This document shows positions 34,640 to 37,924 of a stretch of DNA of 37,924 nt, one piece after another. Location of the stretch: positions 1 to 37,924 of the IMG/VR virus record IMGVR_UViG_3300016467_000307; one strand, written 5' to 3'. This stretch comes from a virus. Taxonomy: Duplodnaviria > Caudoviricetes. Numbering within the stretch: the stretch's first letter is position 1; every line of letters begins with the position of its first letter. The position numbers and the translations under genes were made by a program. The notes under the pieces were generated by a model. The model was not told the origin of the DNA. It saw only the letters and a list, made by a program, of their open reading frames with translations, and did no database searches.

Positions 34640-35665
34640 ATGGATACATCTATAAACACTGGGGAAGCGCAACCCTCCCAAAACACGGCGACAACAGAAT
34701 CTGCTCCTAATCTCAATCCGCTTACTTTCGACGAGGCGGCGTTGGCAAAGATGCTACAAAAGCGTTTTTCGGAGTCTGAACAAATCGTTGAAGAAAATCC
34801 TAAGCCGGAAGCATCGAGTGATGAAGTTCAGGTTGAGGTAGAAGCCCAGACTTCTGATAAAACTGGGGATCAGGATGAGTCTCCTGAGCTTGATCCTTCA
34901 CAACAAGAACAAGACGAACAGCCAGAGGAAGCCGATCAGTCTAGTGTTCAAAAGCGCATCAATAAGCTGACTGCCCAACGTAAAGAGGCACAGGCTAAGG
35001 CTGAAGCATTGGAACGCGAGCTGAACGAGGCTAAATCTAAGCTGGAAGAGTTGTCTACCAAACCAGAGGTCGCTCCTGTGGCTAGTATGGATAACCCTTT
35101 CAGTGATGTTTGGGACGACGCAAAGCTGACTGAGGAGTGGAATAAAGCCCGTGACCTTAGGCGGTGGTGCGAAGACAACCAAGACGGCTGCGAGTTGAAT
35201 GGTAAGGAATACACTAGGGAAGATATTAAGCAGATTCGCCGCAAGGTTGAGGACGCATTAGATCTACACATCCCTAAACGTGCCGCATTCATTCAACAGC
35301 ACCGCCAGATTAAGCCTATTGCTGAAAACATCTATCCTTGGTGGAAAGACCGATCTGCCGTTGAGTATACAGAAGCACAGTCAGTTATTAGGCAAATGCC
35401 TCAGATTGCACAGCTTCCTGAATACCAAGTGTTGATTGGCGATTTCATTGAGGGTCGAAAGCTGCGTATGGCTAGGGAAAAGACTGCTGGTAAACCTGCG
35501 ACTAAAGCACCTGCAAAGATTGCTCCAAAACAGCCAAGCGTTCCTTCATCTAGTCCTGCTAAAGTTGATTCCGGCAAAGCTGAATTAAGTGCTGCTAGAT
35601 CGAAGTTCTTTAAGAGTGGTGGCGAGGCAGAATTGACTCAGTTGCTTAAAAAAGCACTAGTGTAA
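34640..35665 (+). CDS. Capsid scaffolding protein
   Basis: Acidic N-terminus, VQKRINKLTAQRK coil, P/A/K linker; upstream of MCP. Confidence 0.8.
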   Translation: MDTSINTGEAQPSQNTATTESAPNLNPLTFDEAALAKMLQKRFSESEQIVEENPKPEASSDEVQVEVEAQTSDKTGDQDESPELDPSQQEQDEQPEEADQSSVQKRINKLTAQRKEAQAKAEALERELNEAKSKLEELSTKPEVAPVASMDNPFSDVWDDAKLTEEWNKARDLRRWCEDNQDGCELNGKEYTREDIKQIRRKVEDALDLHIPKRAAFIQQHRQIKPIAENIYPWWKDRSAVEYTEAQSVIRQMPQIAQLPEYQVLIGDFIEGRKLRMAREKTAGKPATKAPAKIAPKQPSVPSSSPAKVDSGKAELSAARSKFFKSGGEAELTQLLKKALV

Positions 35666-35677
35666 GGATGTATTGTT

Positions 35678-36718
35678 ATGGCAGCACTAATTCAACCTGG
35701 AATGGTAGGTGTACGCGAGGAGTTGGCAGATTACATTGCTGTAGTCGATGCTAAATCTACTCCTTTTGTGTCTATGGCTCCTAAGGGTAAAGACCTTGGA
35801 AACGTTACGTTTTCTTGGCAGGTAGACAATTATCAAGCCCCTCAAGTTACGGGTGTTGTTGATGGAACTGATGTTAGCACTTACGACAACGCTGTTGTTA
35901 ATCGGACTCGTTTGTCTAACTACGCTCAAGCTTTCCGGCGTAACTTCCGTGTTGGCTTCATTGCTCAGACCCAGAATGTTGCTGGTGTAACTGACGAAGT
36001 TGCTAATGGTATCTCTAAGCGGCTTATTGAGCTTAAGCGTGACATGGAAGCTACGTTTCTGTGTGCTAATCAGGCTGCTCAGCTTGGTGCTGGTAGTGAT
36101 CCGTATATGACTAGCTCTCTTGGTAGCTGGCTTACGACGACTAACTCTAGCAACATTGGCGCCCCTTCTTCCGGTGGTGGGTTTGAGCCTGCTTCTGGAG
36201 CTGTTATCACTACGGCAACTGGTTCTATCACTGAAAGCACTGTTCAAAATGTGTTGACTGCGATCTATGGTGCTACCGGCGTGTTCCGTGATTACGACTG
36301 CATTGTTGGTACTACTCTTAAGCGAGCTTTTACTAACTTAACTGCGGCTGTAACTACTACTACTGCTAACTCTAGCACCATTGCGGCTTCTGCTGTTCGC
36401 ACCTTTAACCAGGAGTTGGCTAGTGATGTTTACAAGGCTTCCATTGACATCTTTGAAGGTGACTTTGGCCGTCTGATCTTGCACCCAGATACTTTTATCG
36501 GGACTAGCGGAAACAAAGCTGGAAGTTATGCTTATAGTGCAACTCCAACTAAGGGTTACATCATTCCTATGGACATGGTTGAAATTCGTTACAGCAAGTT
36601 GCCTGAAGTTAAAGAACTGCCTGATGCTGGTGGTGGTCCTATTCGATTGGTTCAGGCTATTGCAGGTCTCGTTGTTAAGAATCCTAACGGGTTTGGTATG
36701 TTCAACGGTACAACCTAA
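35678..36718 (+). CDS. Major capsid protein (SU10/DUF5309-like)
   Basis: REELADYI...TPFVSM...WQVD...NYAQAF...ELKRDMEA. Confidence 0.88.
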   Translation: MAALIQPGMVGVREELADYIAVVDAKSTPFVSMAPKGKDLGNVTFSWQVDNYQAPQVTGVVDGTDVSTYDNAVVNRTRLSNYAQAFRRNFRVGFIAQTQNVAGVTDEVANGISKRLIELKRDMEATFLCANQAAQLGAGSDPYMTSSLGSWLTTTNSSNIGAPSSGGGFEPASGAVITTATGSITESTVQNVLTAIYGATGVFRDYDCIVGTTLKRAFTNLTAAVTTTTANSSTIAASAVRTFNQELASDVYKASIDIFEGDFGRLILHPDTFIGTSGNKAGSYAYSATPTKGYIIPMDMVEIRYSKLPEVKELPDAGGGPIRLVQAIAGLVVKNPNGFGMFNGTT

Positions 36719-36741
36719 TATCAATTACATATAATCAGATT

Positions 36742-36779
36742 AGGGGTCATTGGACTTGCGTTCCTTTGGCTCCTTTTTT
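36742..36779 (+). terminator. Rho-independent terminator after MCP
   Basis: AGGGGTCA...TGGCTCCT stem followed by a T run. Confidence 0.55.
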
Positions 36780-36795
36780 ATTTCTATGTAAGTTT

Positions 36796-37179
36796 ATGAG
36801 TAACGGAGTAGCTGGAATGATAGCTAGTGCTTTGGATGATGTTCCTATTGCGCTAAAACAAGCTGTCATAAATGAATTCAAAAAGGGATATCAGAAAGAA
36901 ATGGTAAAAGCTGAGATTAACCACCAGAAGATAGCTCAGAACAATAAGACTATTAAACGTAATTCCATTGAAGGTATTGGCCGTTTGCGTATGAGTATTG
37001 ATCCAACGTTATACCATGCTTGGGGTCAGAAATATGGTTACGGATGTTGGCGTGATAGCCAGTTTCTTAAAGAAGTTGAGCGTGACAATCCTGAAGTGAA
37101 GGTTAATTGTGGTGGGACCAAGCTCCAATTTGGCTTCCAAGGAGAGAACAAACGATATAGCAAGAAATACGACTTATGA
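36796..37179 (+). CDS. Conserved post-capsid protein
   Basis: ATG 36796; YGYGCWRDSQFLKEVERDNPE. Confidence 0.65.
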   Translation: MSNGVAGMIASALDDVPIALKQAVINEFKKGYQKEMVKAEINHQKIAQNNKTIKRNSIEGIGRLRMSIDPTLYHAWGQKYGYGCWRDSQFLKEVERDNPEVKVNCGGTKLQFGFQGENKRYSKKYDL

Positions 37180-37427
37180 ATGTAGGTTCAAATAGACAAC
37201 TAGCTTACGAATACGGTGGTGTTATGAATACTAGCACTGCTGCTGTTACTGGAGACTTCCGAGAGATATTGTGTTTGACTGCTTGTACGTTTAGTGCAGC
37301 TACCAGCAACATTACCAACTTTCCTCCAACATCTACTAGCCTTGCTGCCGGTACTCGTATTGGTGGTGTATTTACTAGCATTGCTGCTTCTGCTGGAACG
37401 TTTATTGCGTACAACCGTAAGTATTGA
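37176..37427 (+). CDS. Small structural (decoration-like) protein
   Basis: 83 aa, beta-rich, ends GTFIAY. Confidence 0.55.
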   Translation: MNVGSNRQLAYEYGGVMNTSTAAVTGDFREILCLTACTFSAATSNITNFPPTSTSLAAGTRIGGVFTSIAASAGTFIAYNRKY

Positions 37428-37434
37428 TTAGTGA

Positions 37435-37923
37435 ATGGCTGACACAAAGATCAGCGCGTTAGATGCCGGAACAGTCGTAGATCCAGCCAATGATCTGCTC
37501 GTCTATGTTGATGTTTCCGACACGTCAATGGCTCCTACTGGGACCACTAAACGCATATTCCCTAATCAGATCACTAGTGCTGGCGGAACAGCGTCATTCT
37601 CAACCTTATCAACGTCTGGATTAGCTACACTAGAATCAGCTTCGATAACAAACGACCTAGACGTCAATGGAACTCTAACTCTACCAACGCTTGACGCATC
37701 TAAGGTTGTATTTACTGACCAGTACAATGGTCTGACTGTACTCAGCGCGTCTGATGCTAGAACCGCATTAGGAACCACAACGTTTGTACACGATCAAGGC
37801 ACAGCAGCGGCTACCTGGAATATCACGCACAACCTAAACGCTTATCCTTCAGTCACTGTGGTTGATTCCACTAAGCGTGTTGGCATTGCAGATGTTACCT
37901 ACGTTGACGCGAATTCTCTTACT
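37435..37923 (+). CDS. Partial (3'-truncated) fibre/appendage protein
   Basis: Hand-translated MADTKISALDAG...FVHDQGTAAATWNITHNLNAYPSVTVVDS..., open to the window end. Confidence 0.75.
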   Translation, partial: MADTKISALDAGTVVDPANDLLVYVDVSDTSMAPTGTTKRIFPNQITSAGGTASFSTLSTSGLATLESASITNDLDVNGTLTLPTLDASKVVFTDQYNGLTVLSASDARTALGTTTFVHDQGTAAATWNITHNLNAYPSVTVVDSTKRVGIADVTYVDANSLT

Positions 37924-37924
37924 A

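Noticed and set aside
34898-36724. Antisense ORFs over scaffold and MCP
   Set aside because: Fully opposite well-supported genes; implausible composition
1-37924. Stop-codon reassignment, DGR/retron, tRNA genes, integrase
   Set aside because: Genes are intact under the standard code with TAA, TGA and TAG all used as stops; no reverse transcriptase, recombinase motif or tRNA cloverleaf was recognised

Overview
Near-complete (~38 kb) genome of a short-tailed (podovirus-like) dsDNA phage, opened inside the fibre/appendage locus: both ends lie in partial fibre-type ORFs. Plus-strand order: fibre genes, membrane/lysis cluster, adaptor, nozzle, needle, ejection module (incl. a 1522-aa polyvalent protein), recombination (RecT-like, Cas4-like nuclease, SSB, RuvC-like), many small accessory ORFs, ThyX, metallophosphoesterase, lambda O-like initiator with iterons, DnaB, glycosyltransferase. 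Then a repeat-rich convergent gap, a short minus-strand operon, and TerS, TerL, portal, scaffold, major capsid. I found no integrase, HTH repressor, polymerase, tRNA or CRISPR array. Weak Shine-Dalgarno signals and ATGA coupling suggest a Verrucomicrobia/Bacteroidota-like host (inference). Top leads: (1) GNAT-like, cupin and DDxxD isoprenyl-synthase-like genes interleaved with ejection proteins, a candidate ejection-protein lipidation system; (2) a small basic gene fully nested in the +1 frame of the giant ejection gene; (3) structured RNA leaders before the initiator and scaffold genes; (4) a secreted lysozyme-like protein far from an endolysin-less lysis cluster. All calls come from motif reading and synteny; no searches were run.
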